This document shows, in pieces, positions 1 to 8,294 of a stretch of DNA of 64,000 bases. The stretch lies in IMG/VR virus record IMGVR_UViG_3300032116_000033, positions 32,001 to 96,000 of that record. One strand, given 5' to 3'. The position numbers and the translations under genes are program-made. Source of the DNA: a virus. Below the pieces are notes generated by a model. The model saw nothing but the letters and a program-made list of their open reading frames with translations, did no database searches and was not told where the DNA came from. Each line of letters starts with the position of its first letter. Position 1 is the first letter of the stretch.

Positions 1-739
1 CGACTATATCGGCGGTGAGATGCTTGAGCTGATTCAGGATGGCGCACCGATCAAGGCCATTGTGATCGATTCGATTAAGTCGATCAGATATCCTAAGGAC
101 GTACGCAAGCAGACCACTGACCAAATTATGGGTGGTAGTGGATCCCAGTACCTCGGCTCTGCGTTGAAACTCGTGGTCCCCGTAGTTGCAGAACATAAAC
201 TATTAACCCTGTTTATTCAACAAGTTACGGCGCAAATGGACCCGATGAAGGCACTGCGCAACCCGTACGTCATCTCAGAAGGCCACGCGCTCAAGCACGC
301 GGCAGATCTTATGCTTGAGATCACACGCGTTGACTCTAAGAAGGGCGTGATCGAGTCAGGCGAGACCATAACCGGCGCAGCGGCTCAAGTAGGCCACAAG
401 GTTCGCGTAAAGGTGAAGAAGAACCGGATGGGCGCGCCTGCTCGCCAGGCAGAGTTCACGTTCCACTACGACCTAGGCGTCATCGACACGGGAGGCGAGA
501 TCTTCGAGCTCGCTAAAGCATTGGGTGTCATCAAGCATCCTACAAACCCAGACACAGGCAGAGAGAACCCGCAGATGTGGTGCTTCGCAAACGAGGCACC
601 GGTTCGCGGCGAGCAGAACATCAAGAACATGGTGATAGGGGACAAAGATCTCCAGAACCGTATCCTAAGTGCCTGCTACGAGCATCAGGACGCCAAGGTC
701 GAGATCGACTCGTCTGGGTTTGTGGAAGACGACGTATGA
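1..739 (+). CDS. recA: RecA/UvsX-like recombinase (5'-truncated by window edge)
   Basis: Walker B VIDSI, LFIQQV, GHALKHAADLMLEI (cf. GGxALKFYA) and VKVKKNRMGAP motifs of the RecA family. Confidence 0.85.
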   Translation, partial: DYIGGEMLELIQDGAPIKAIVIDSIKSIRYPKDVRKQTTDQIMGGSGSQYLGSALKLVVPVVAEHKLLTLFIQQVTAQMDPMKALRNPYVISEGHALKHAADLMLEITRVDSKKGVIESGETITGAAAQVGHKVRVKVKKNRMGAPARQAEFTFHYDLGVIDTGGEIFELAKALGVIKHPTNPDTGRENPQMWCFANEAPVRGEQNIKNMVIGDKDLQNRILSACYEHQDAKVEIDSSGFVEDDV

Positions 740-900
740 ACACCTTAGCGAACCACAACCTAAGACGATTAGTAAAGGGCCGTTTCCTGATTGTCAGGGT
801 TGTGTACGCGTTCTGCAGACTCAAGATGAGTAGAAGCATCGCTATATCGGATCCAGAGATAGAGCGACTGCTTTCGATAGCAGGAAGTCGCGGTCTATGA
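736..900 (+). CDS. small hypothetical protein (54 aa)
   Basis: ATGA overlap with the recA stop; ORF MNTLANHN...GSRGL. Confidence 0.5.
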   Translation: MNTLANHNLRRLVKGRFLIVRVVYAFCRLKMSRSIAISDPEIERLLSIAGSRGL

Positions 901-1034
901 TGCGTGATCCTGACGACGACTATGATCTAGACTCGTTTGAGGCATACATGGTGTATGTGTGCTTCATACGAGCCATAGAGCGACTCAAGATAGTCAAGAG
1001 CATCGACTCGATAAATCTCAGCTTCAAGATCTGA
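897..1034 (+). CDS. small hypothetical protein (45 aa)
   Basis: ATGA overlap with the previous ORF; MMRDPDDDYDL...SFKI; fills the gap before the nuclease gene. Confidence 0.45.
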   Translation: MMRDPDDDYDLDSFEAYMVYVCFIRAIERLKIVKSIDSINLSFKI

Positions 1035-1043
1035 AGGAAAGAT

Positions 1044-2036
1044 ATGACTAGAATCCTGCTCATCGGCGACCCACATATCCGCCACACCCATCTTTCAGAG
1101 GGCAAGGCCCTACTGGAGTGGGTGGAGTTTATCGCCGAGACCAAGAAGCCAGACTTGATCGTAAACCTAGGCGACACGTTCGACACCCACGCCATTATCC
1201 GAGCAGAGGTGATGTGTACGGTCTCTAGGCATCTCGACCGTCTCCTCGAGCTCAAGATCCCGACCGTGCTTCTCCTAGGCAACCACGACATGCATAAACC
1301 CAACTCAAGCGAGTATCACGCGCTCGAGCCTTTCGAGAGTAAAAACCTGATAGTGGCCGACGTCGTCACCGTGGCAGACGGCATAACGTATGTCCCCTAC
1401 GTCCATGACCCAAGAGACTGGCCTAAGATCTCAACCAGCGTCGCGATAACGCACAACACATTCATAGGCGCAGACTATGGCTTCAAGACGGCTACTGACG
1501 GAATCTCAACTGATGTCTTGGATTGCGACCTTGTCGCATCTGGGCATATTCACAAGAAGCAGGTTCTCGAGTATGGACCGATGGGATCTGGCAGAGTTCT
1601 ATACCCAGGTACGCCTATGTGTCTATCTGCAGGCGATGCGGGACAGACCAAAGGACTCACCATACTAGACATATCCGATATGTCCCAGGAGTTCATAGAG
1701 TCACCCTTTCCTATGTGGCGGACCCTAGACTTCGAGGTCGGCAAAGATTCTGCTATGAACATAAACTCGACAGACATGTGGATAGTAAAACTTATAGGGC
1801 CAAGGGCAGAGGTCAAGGCCATGCTCGAGTCCAAAGAGATCAAGGAACTCAAGAAAGTGGCCCACGTGACCTTCAAGACCGAGTTCACGGACACGGCAAG
1901 ATCATCCAGGGTCTCTATATCGGCTCCTACGATCGAGACTATGACCGACCAGTACGTAGACAAGGTCTACGCTGGAGGAATCGACAGGGACACCCTTAAG
2001 TCAACCCTGAGACACTACACGAGGACGGATCGATGA
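1044..2036 (+). CDS. SbcD/Mre11/gp47-like metallophosphoesterase recombination nuclease
   Basis: GDPH, NLGDTFD, LLGNHD, THN and SGHIH calcineurin-like motifs; next to RecA. Confidence 0.85.
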   Translation: MTRILLIGDPHIRHTHLSEGKALLEWVEFIAETKKPDLIVNLGDTFDTHAIIRAEVMCTVSRHLDRLLELKIPTVLLLGNHDMHKPNSSEYHALEPFESKNLIVADVVTVADGITYVPYVHDPRDWPKISTSVAITHNTFIGADYGFKTATDGISTDVLDCDLVASGHIHKKQVLEYGPMGSGRVLYPGTPMCLSAGDAGQTKGLTILDISDMSQEFIESPFPMWRTLDFEVGKDSAMNINSTDMWIVKLIGPRAEVKAMLESKEIKELKKVAHVTFKTEFTDTARSSRVSISAPTIETMTDQYVDKVYAGGIDRDTLKSTLRHYTRTDR

Positions 2037-2458
2037 GCACGGTATCCAGCGAGTACCTAGACCAGCAGCGCTGGCTTATGAACAGCGGCCTCTTCACCGA
2101 CAACGCCAAAGACACGCTTTTCATGTACGGCAGCATCGTCAACAAGCACATTACAGCACTGGAACTATCGATAGATCCAGACAATAAGCGCGTACACTAC
2201 GTCTTGTATGCGGCCCCATCCTTGGTCAAAGCTTATAATAAGTATCAAGAGCTCAAGAGTCTAGGCTCTGTATGGGCTATGTGGAGAACAAGACGTATCC
2301 TTAGCAATAACGGAAACCTTGAGTTTCAGCAGTTGCTGTCGACGTTTGTGCGGTCGTATTGTGGCCCGGGATGGGCCACATCAATGGAGTTAAAGAAGAG
2401 TTCTGAGTATGAGGAACAAAGATCCAAAGATAATGATGATAAAGGAAAAGATCGATAG
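2033..2458 (+). CDS. hypothetical protein
   Basis: 141-aa ORF translationally coupled (ATGA) to the nuclease gene. Confidence 0.6.
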   Translation: MSTVSSEYLDQQRWLMNSGLFTDNAKDTLFMYGSIVNKHITALELSIDPDNKRVHYVLYAAPSLVKAYNKYQELKSLGSVWAMWRTRRILSNNGNLEFQQLLSTFVRSYCGPGWATSMELKKSSEYEEQRSKDNDDKGKDR

Positions 2459-2843
2459 ACTTTCGACCAACGAGGACGATCGTCAGGATCTTTGGGTGCG
2501 ATACCTAGAAAACCCTGACTCTGATTTATACAGTAATATCGAAGACATAAGCTTCAGAAACTCTATAAGAGACAGGATCGCCGACGACATAGTGAACCTC
2601 TACACCTCAACGCTTAAGGTCGGCTTTGTTCAGAATATACTCAGTAATTTCACCGACCTAGAGCGCTCAATCATAGTTCTCATCCTTTTAGGTCTATCCA
2701 ACGAGCAGATATCAAGGTATAAGATGATAGGGTTGCTGCGTCTAAATCAGACGCTGCACAACATCTCTTTGCACCCAGTGTGGGAGACCTTGCGTGTCGA
2801 AGAAAAAGCTAAGCTCGGAGCAGAAGCACGGGCTGACCGGTGA
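2409..2843 (+). CDS. sigma-factor-like protein (region 4-type HTH)
   Basis: DDRQDLWVRYLE and LSNFTDLERSIIVLILLGLSNEQIS resemble degenerate sigma70/ECF regions 2 and 4. Confidence 0.4.
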   Translation: MRNKDPKIMMIKEKIDRLSTNEDDRQDLWVRYLENPDSDLYSNIEDISFRNSIRDRIADDIVNLYTSTLKVGFVQNILSNFTDLERSIIVLILLGLSNEQISRYKMIGLLRLNQTLHNISLHPVWETLRVEEKAKLGAEARADR

Positions 2844-3405
2844 ACAGATCGCAGAGATCGAGCGTTACCTTCGTCAGCCGACTGCGTCAGGCGCGATAGA
2901 CAAACAAGAAGCATCACCGATATACGAGCTGTTCCTGATCGGCTACAGCACCGAGGAACTTGCCGCTCGATTTCCGCAGTACTCCAAGTCGCGCATACTG
3001 TACACGGCTGCCGCCGGCGGATGGGTGAAGGACAAGGAAAGGCTGGCGAGCTCGATATACGACCGCATCAGGGCCAGGATAATCAGGTCCACCGTAGAGC
3101 AGGTCGAGTTCCTGACCGACATGATAACCGTTTCGTCGGTCGAGAACGCGGACGAGATAAGGAAGTTCCTTGACGATCCCAAGAACAACCCGCTGCCGAA
3201 CATGCGCATAAAGAACTTCAAAGAGTACCAGCAGGTCATCGACACCTTGGCCAAGGTCACCGACTCGGTCCGCTCGCTCACCAACCCGAACGCGCAGCAG
3301 GAGGCGAGGGTGGTAAAGACTAAGTCGACGAAGAAGCTTCTGCCAAAGTCAGAAGAGGCCATGCTCCTTGAGCAGCTCGTGCAGGTAGACGACGATGGAC
3401 AGTAA
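2794..3405 (+). CDS. putative terminase small subunit
   Basis: Overlaps the TerL start; helical, with an HTH-like segment (GYSTEELAARF); assigned by synteny only. Confidence 0.45.
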   Translation: MSKKKLSSEQKHGLTGEQIAEIERYLRQPTASGAIDKQEASPIYELFLIGYSTEELAARFPQYSKSRILYTAAAGGWVKDKERLASSIYDRIRARIIRSTVEQVEFLTDMITVSSVENADEIRKFLDDPKNNPLPNMRIKNFKEYQQVIDTLAKVTDSVRSLTNPNAQQEARVVKTKSTKKLLPKSEEAMLLEQLVQVDDDGQ

Positions 3406-5650
3406 GAACAGGACATGCACCGTAGAAGGCTGCAGCAAACCGTTGAAGTCCAGAGGCTACTGCACCGGGCACTATAAGTCTATAATCGACCGACCAAAGA
3501 TCAAGCAGAAGAAGATCGAGGAGACCAAGGCTGCGCGCCAGGAGGTGATAAACCGCAAGATCTCAGAGAACGCGTCCAAGTTTACGCCAGAGCAGCTGGA
3601 GCGTATACTGCTAACGCCGTGCCGCACGGAGAAAGACCTCAAGAACTTTATCCGGTACTTCTTCAACCTACACCTGCCAGACTGCAAGGTCTCCAGGTAT
3701 GCAGACACCACTCCTTTTCATGCAGTTTGGGACGTGTACGACATATGCACGAACAACAACAATCCGCAAAATATCCAAGAATTACTGTATGTTGCAGGAA
3801 GGGGCAGCGGTAAGTGCGTTTCGCAAGATACTGTAATCATTACCAATAGTGGTACCAAATATGTACAAAACGTTAAGGTTGGCGATTTAGTTTGGACCGG
3901 CTGGTCCTGGAAACCCGTGGTCGAAACTTTTGACGAAGGCATTAAAGATGGCGTAACCATTACTACCAAACATCTTACCAAAGATGGCGCATGGTCTTTG
4001 ACTGGTTCCTTAAAGCATCGTGTTCAAGCCCTTGACCCCGAGACCGGCAAGATCGACTGGGTCTACATGAAAAATCTTATTCCGGGCCAGTTGATCTATA
4101 GGTCCTTAGAGTCACTAGGTGCCTTAGTAGACACGTCTTCTAACGATTACGAACTAGGATGGCTTGTTGGCTGCATAACCGGAGATGGTTCTGTTAGTCG
4201 CTTTGATAATGCCATATCTTTTGCCGCAAAAGATAAAGATCAATTAGCAATATATATAGATACTATAGTCAAACATTTTGGCGTAGAACCAAAAGTGAAA
4301 TATGACAAAAGATCGCCAAATCTCAGTATAGCTGGTATCTGTAGCAAGGCTTTAAGAGAATACTGCGACTCCATTATCGAGGGCGAACTCTGCTATTTCA
4401 AAAAGCTGAAGACATTGAACCATAGTCCAAGTTTTCTGGCTGGTTTTATATCTGGAATGATGGAGACCGATGGCTCCAAAGACTCGATAACGTTAGCCAA
4501 TCCAGAGCTCATAAAACAAATAGCTCAGATTTTGAATTTATTCGGTGTTCATGCCGTCATCAACAAAAAACGACGCAAGCCTTCTACAACTAAGTTTGTT
4601 AAAGACCACGTAGTGGAGTATCACTGCGTCGATTATAAAACCGCTCTACCAGAATATTTGATGCCATTGTTCTCTAAGCGCGAGGCCTTCAAGATCTACA
4701 GCGCTAAGATGAACGAGCAGTTTCGCTATCCGTCTAAATTGTTGAAACCCTTTGCATCTTTTATAAAAGACAAGTATGAGATCGCGAATGGATACTGGCG
4801 TCTCGAGGCGGGAAAAAAGACCCACTCCGATATAAAGTATTCTAAAGATCTTTGGGGATCTGGCGAGAAGGCTAAGGAGCTTTATGTCTACGGTTACAAG
4901 ATCGATTATTTCATAGATCTAGCGAAACGCCTAGAGGAATATGATTGGGCCGACTACCTTTCCTTCGTCAGGAGGGGGTGTTACGAGACCGTAGATTCAG
5001 TTGCCTTTGGCAAACATTACTTCTACGATCTTGAAGTAGACGTCGATCACGCGTACTGGTCGAACGGCTTCATCAGCCACAACACCCTCGGCATGGCCAT
5101 AGCTGAGCTTCTAGTGCTGATGCACGATCAGCGCGATGTGGTGCACGTGGGCGCGATCCTTTCTCAGGCAAAACGATGCTACGAGTATCAGCAGAAATTC
5201 CTTCTTTCAGACCGAATAAAGCCGATAGTGAACCCACCGAAGGTCAGCGAAGAGAACAAGATCCTAGAGAAGATGACGATGGAGAAGTCAGTGTTCAACA
5301 TCAAGAGTGAGAAAGTCACACTTGAAGTGCTCCCGTGCACGCTGCGAGCGTGCCTGGTTTCCTCCGCTACGTCAACCGATGTGCATGGTACAATAAGATC
5401 ATTGGCAGATTTCAAGCCAGGCGATTTTATCAAAGACACCACCGGCTTCGTCGAGGTCCTCGGCAACGAGCTAGAAGACGCCGAGTGCATAAGGATAGAG
5501 CTAGAAGATGGAAGAGTCATCGAAGGAACCCTCGACCACAAAGTCTGGACCCAGCGCGGATGGATCGAGCTTCAGCACCTCACCGACGCCGACGAGATCT
5601 CATCCTTGGAAAGCACCTCAACGCGAGCGCATGCAGAAGTTAAAGCGTAA
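3395..5650 (+). CDS. terL: terminase large subunit, N-terminal fragment (cis-intein plus N-half of a split intein)
   Basis: Walker A AGRGSGK|T is interrupted by an intein; the ORF ends in an N-intein; lies upstream of the portal gene. Confidence 0.9.
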   Translation: MDSKNRTCTVEGCSKPLKSRGYCTGHYKSIIDRPKIKQKKIEETKAARQEVINRKISENASKFTPEQLERILLTPCRTEKDLKNFIRYFFNLHLPDCKVSRYADTTPFHAVWDVYDICTNNNNPQNIQELLYVAGRGSGKCVSQDTVIITNSGTKYVQNVKVGDLVWTGWSWKPVVETFDEGIKDGVTITTKHLTKDGAWSLTGSLKHRVQALDPETGKIDWVYMKNLIPGQLIYRSLESLGALVDTSSNDYELGWLVGCITGDGSVSRFDNAISFAAKDKDQLAIYIDTIVKHFGVEPKVKYDKRSPNLSIAGICSKALREYCDSIIEGELCYFKKLKTLNHSPSFLAGFISGMMETDGSKDSITLANPELIKQIAQILNLFGVHAVINKKRRKPSTTKFVKDHVVEYHCVDYKTALPEYLMPLFSKREAFKIYSAKMNEQFRYPSKLLKPFASFIKDKYEIANGYWRLEAGKKTHSDIKYSKDLWGSGEKAKELYVYGYKIDYFIDLAKRLEEYDWADYLSFVRRGCYETVDSVAFGKHYFYDLEVDVDHAYWSNGFISHNTLGMAIAELLVLMHDQRDVVHVGAILSQAKRCYEYQQKFLLSDRIKPIVNPPKVSEENKILEKMTMEKSVFNIKSEKVTLEVLPCTLRACLVSSATSTDVHGTIRSLADFKPGDFIKDTTGFVEVLGNELEDAECIRIELEDGRVIEGTLDHKVWTQRGWIELQHLTDADEISSLESTSTRAHAEVKA
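3815..5083 (+). mobile_element. cis-splicing intein with LAGLIDADG endonuclease (423 aa) in the TerL Walker A motif
   Basis: Starts CVSQDT, ends FYDLEVDVDHAYWSNGFISHN|T; LAGLIDADG motifs LVGCITGDG and FISGMMETDG. Confidence 0.92.
5351..5647 (+). mobile_element. N-terminal half of a naturally split intein (99 aa)
   Basis: Block A CLVSSAT and block B IEGTLDHKVWTQRGW, acidic tail, then a stop codon with no C-terminal HN. Confidence 0.88.
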
Positions 5651-6428
5651 AGCCGACTACTGTGAATCCTGCCAGAAGCCTCTCTACAAGAATGTCTACA
5701 CGACGTGCAAGGAATGCCGCCTAGATAAAGGCTGCACCAAGTGTGGTTCCTCTATCTTTCGCAGGGGCATGTGTAGGTCCCATTACGATAAAGATAGATT
5801 TGCAACTCGACCTAGATGCTCCGAATATGACTGCAAAGAAAATGCAAAGCACAACGGGCTTTGTTCTGTGCACTACAACGCCAACAAACTAAAACAGGCC
5901 CCAGAGTGCTCAATTTCTGGGTGCACAAAGAAGGTTGAGAAAAAAGGCTTATGTGGCACGCATTATCAAGCGTGGCGAATTAGGCAACCTAAAAAGAAAT
6001 GCTCCCATGCTTCATGCGACAACAATGCCTTCAAGCATAAACTTTGTTTTTCACACTGGAAGATATTCGATCCAGAAACGGCTTTCGTGCGCGGCATAAG
6101 GGTGAGGATAACCAACTCGATCAACAGGCGCTACAAGAAGAACGACAAGGCCGAGAAGCTGTTGGGGCTCAACATAGAGGGAGTTAGAAGACACCTGGAG
6201 TCCTTGTTCCAGCCGGGGATGTCGTGGGACAACTTTGGTAGCTGGCACATCGACCACATATGTCCTTGTTCTCAGGCTCAGAACGAAGAAGAGCTCATAA
6301 AGCTGCAGCACTACACCAACCTTAGCCCGATGTGGAAAGACGAGAACTTCGCAAAGCGTGACACTGCTACGGAGCAAGCAATAGCATCGTGCAGTAGGCT
6401 TCTGGGAAGGGGGTGGATTGGTCCATGA
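5631..6428 (+). CDS. free-standing HNH endonuclease with N-terminal Cys/His zinc-finger repeats
   Basis: Repeated CxxxxC...GxCxxHY units; PGMSWDNFGSWHIDHICP...HYTNLSPMW; ATG at 5631 overlaps the TerL-N end. Confidence 0.85.
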   Translation: MQKLKRKADYCESCQKPLYKNVYTTCKECRLDKGCTKCGSSIFRRGMCRSHYDKDRFATRPRCSEYDCKENAKHNGLCSVHYNANKLKQAPECSISGCTKKVEKKGLCGTHYQAWRIRQPKKKCSHASCDNNAFKHKLCFSHWKIFDPETAFVRGIRVRITNSINRRYKKNDKAEKLLGLNIEGVRRHLESLFQPGMSWDNFGSWHIDHICPCSQAQNEEELIKLQHYTNLSPMWKDENFAKRDTATEQAIASCSRLLGRGWIGP

Positions 6429-6481
6429 GCTGCTTTGTAAAAAAAATGCACCGTAATCAAGGCTAATTGATAAATATCGGG

Positions 6482-6511
6482 TATAATCCCTATGGCACTA
6501 AGGGGATTATA
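6482..6511 (+). promoter_or_regulatory. TATAAT box within an RBS-occluding hairpin
   Basis: TATAATCCC (6482-6490) pairs perfectly with GGGATTATA (6503-6511), covering SD AAGGGGA just before TTG 6512. Confidence 0.65.
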
Positions 6512-8170
6512 TTGTCTAACGTCAGGACATCACCAGACAAGATACGGCAGCTTCTGCTGGAGAAGCACGGCGGCCTAGTGTCTATAGACGTCTCAACCTT
6601 CTGCGGCATGAACAAGAAAGCCAAGTTCATCGACGTAGACCACGGAGAGTGGTGGGCGACGCCTACGAAGGTGGTCACATGCGGCCAAAAGCACCCCAAT
6701 AGAAGAAAGATATCGCTTGCGGACATAATCGCCGCACTCGATACAAACCATCAAGGTCTAGTTTTTATAGACTCAAGCTCGTACTCTTCCTCCAACAAGA
6801 AAGCCAAGTTCATCGACGTAGACCACGGAGAGTGGTGGGCTCCGGTGTACAAGGTTGCTTTCTACGGTCAGTCTCATCCTGGAAGAAAGTCTAAGAAGCT
6901 GTCGGACAGCCGTGCGTCGACCCACACCACAGACGACTTCAGGGCAAAGATGAGTCAGAGGATAAAGGAAAAATACCACGACATAGCGAGCACGAACCTC
7001 CAGCGGTACGGCGTGTCCACTCCGCTGCTCCTGCCAGAGACGATAGACAAGAACAGGTCCCGCTTCCTTAGCCCTGAGGCCTTGAAGAAGAAAGAAGAGA
7101 CCAGAGCCGAAAGAAGATTAAGACTAAACGAGAGAAAGAGATCTAAAAGGACAAAGGCGGATCCAGCGGATAGGCTACGAAAACTTCAAGAGATCGGCGT
7201 AGCTAAGAGCTTAGACGGAAGATCCATCAAAGATATATGGAAGCTCAACTTCGCAGACAAGATAAGCTACTCGTTCGTGTGCAAGATCTATGCCAAGCAC
7301 CTACCAGCTACGGAGAGCGATTTTATCAGCCTAGTCGAAGAGCACTTTACCATGAGCGACATAGAAACGCTAATGAGCTCAAATCCTATGTTATCAAGGT
7401 TCGATAAGTTCCCGGCAAAAGGATGCAACATAAGACCTGACTTCAAGGTCTCCGATCGCGTCTACGTCAACGTCGACGGTCTATACTGGCACTCGGACAA
7501 AACATTACACAAGAAATACCACCTGAAGGCAAGGCTAAAAGCAGAAGAGTTTAACTTAAGGCTCCTGCAGTTCAGGGCAGACGAGGTGATCTACAAGCGG
7601 TCGATCGTCGACTCTATGATAGCGGTAAAGGCTGGCGCGGTGAAAGATAAACTCCATGCCAGGAAGCTTGATATAAGACAAGTGACCGCACCGGAGGCGA
7701 AGACCTTCCTCAAGGCCAACCATCTCATGGGGTTCGCGTCCGCTTCCGTGTATCTGGCCCTCAAGGACGTAGATCAGATAAAAGTCCTGCTCTCCTTAAG
7801 GTTCGAGGGCAGTCAAGTAAAAATAGTAAGGTTCGCTTCTGCGCTGAGCACCGTGGTCGTTGGCGGTTACTCCAAGCTGCTCAAGTATGCTATAAAGACG
7901 TTCGATATAGATAAGATCTACACGTTCGTCGACCTGCGGTACGGCGACGTCGCCTCGCTCAAGGACATGGGCTTCGTGCACGTCGGCACCACGCTGGGAT
8001 GGAAGTGGACCGACTACGACAAGACCTACAATCGTCTGTTCTGCAAGGCTAACATGGACGAGAGAAAATTGACACAGAAAGAGTACGCCAAAGAGCTTGG
8101 CTTGGTCAAGATCTACGACGCGGGTCAGGCGAAGATGGTCTTAAGCGTTGACAGAGGTTCAGATGGCTAA
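6512..8170 (+). CDS. Hef-like / Vsr-like PD-(D/E)XK homing endonuclease
   Basis: RPDF...VNVDGLYWHS; ARKLDIRQV..FLKANHLMG; C-terminal IYDAGQ; paralogue of 21015-22556; start placed at the TTG after the SD. Confidence 0.75.
   Translation: MSNVRTSPDKIRQLLLEKHGGLVSIDVSTFCGMNKKAKFIDVDHGEWWATPTKVVTCGQKHPNRRKISLADIIAALDTNHQGLVFIDSSSYSSSNKKAKFIDVDHGEWWAPVYKVAFYGQSHPGRKSKKLSDSRASTHTTDDFRAKMSQRIKEKYHDIASTNLQRYGVSTPLLLPETIDKNRSRFLSPEALKKKEETRAERRLRLNERKRSKRTKADPADRLRKLQEIGVAKSLDGRSIKDIWKLNFADKISYSFVCKIYAKHLPATESDFISLVEEHFTMSDIETLMSSNPMLSRFDKFPAKGCNIRPDFKVSDRVYVNVDGLYWHSDKTLHKKYHLKARLKAEEFNLRLLQFRADEVIYKRSIVDSMIAVKAGAVKDKLHARKLDIRQVTAPEAKTFLKANHLMGFASASVYLALKDVDQIKVLLSLRFEGSQVKIVRFASALSTVVVGGYSKLLKYAIKTFDIDKIYTFVDLRYGDVASLKDMGFVHVGTTLGWKWTDYDKTYNRLFCKANMDERKLTQKEYAKELGLVKIYDAGQAKMVLSVDRGSDG
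6611..6840 (+). repeat. perfect 47-bp direct repeat (6611-6657 and 6794-6840)
   Basis: aacaagaaagccaagttcatcgacgtagaccacggagagtggtgggc occurs twice, encoding NKKAKFIDVDHGEWWA. Confidence 0.95.
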
Positions 8171-8294
8171 GGTAACGAAAATCGAGCGCACGGGCATAAA
8201 GCAAATAGCGAAATTGGAGGTTCGTTCAAGCGACGATCCGACCAATCCGATGTCAAATTCGTTTGTTACAGCTGACGGCACCATCAACCACAAC
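8163..8294 (+). mobile_element. C-terminal half of the split intein (44 aa)
   Basis: MAKVTKIERTGIKQIAKLEV...SFVTADGTINHN|C; basic N-terminus, terminal His-Asn, +1 Cys. Confidence 0.88.

Noticed and set aside
5508-5630. 41-aa N-terminal extension of the HNH ORF in the track
   Set aside because: S/P-rich shadow of the IntN frame; ATG 5631 is the more plausible start
5640-8165. Group I intron or frameshift/pseudogene explanation for the broken terL
   Set aside because: The break lies inside an intein, ORF2 has its own SD and ATG, and the endonuclease ORFs overlap both halves, leaving almost no non-coding room for a ribozyme core
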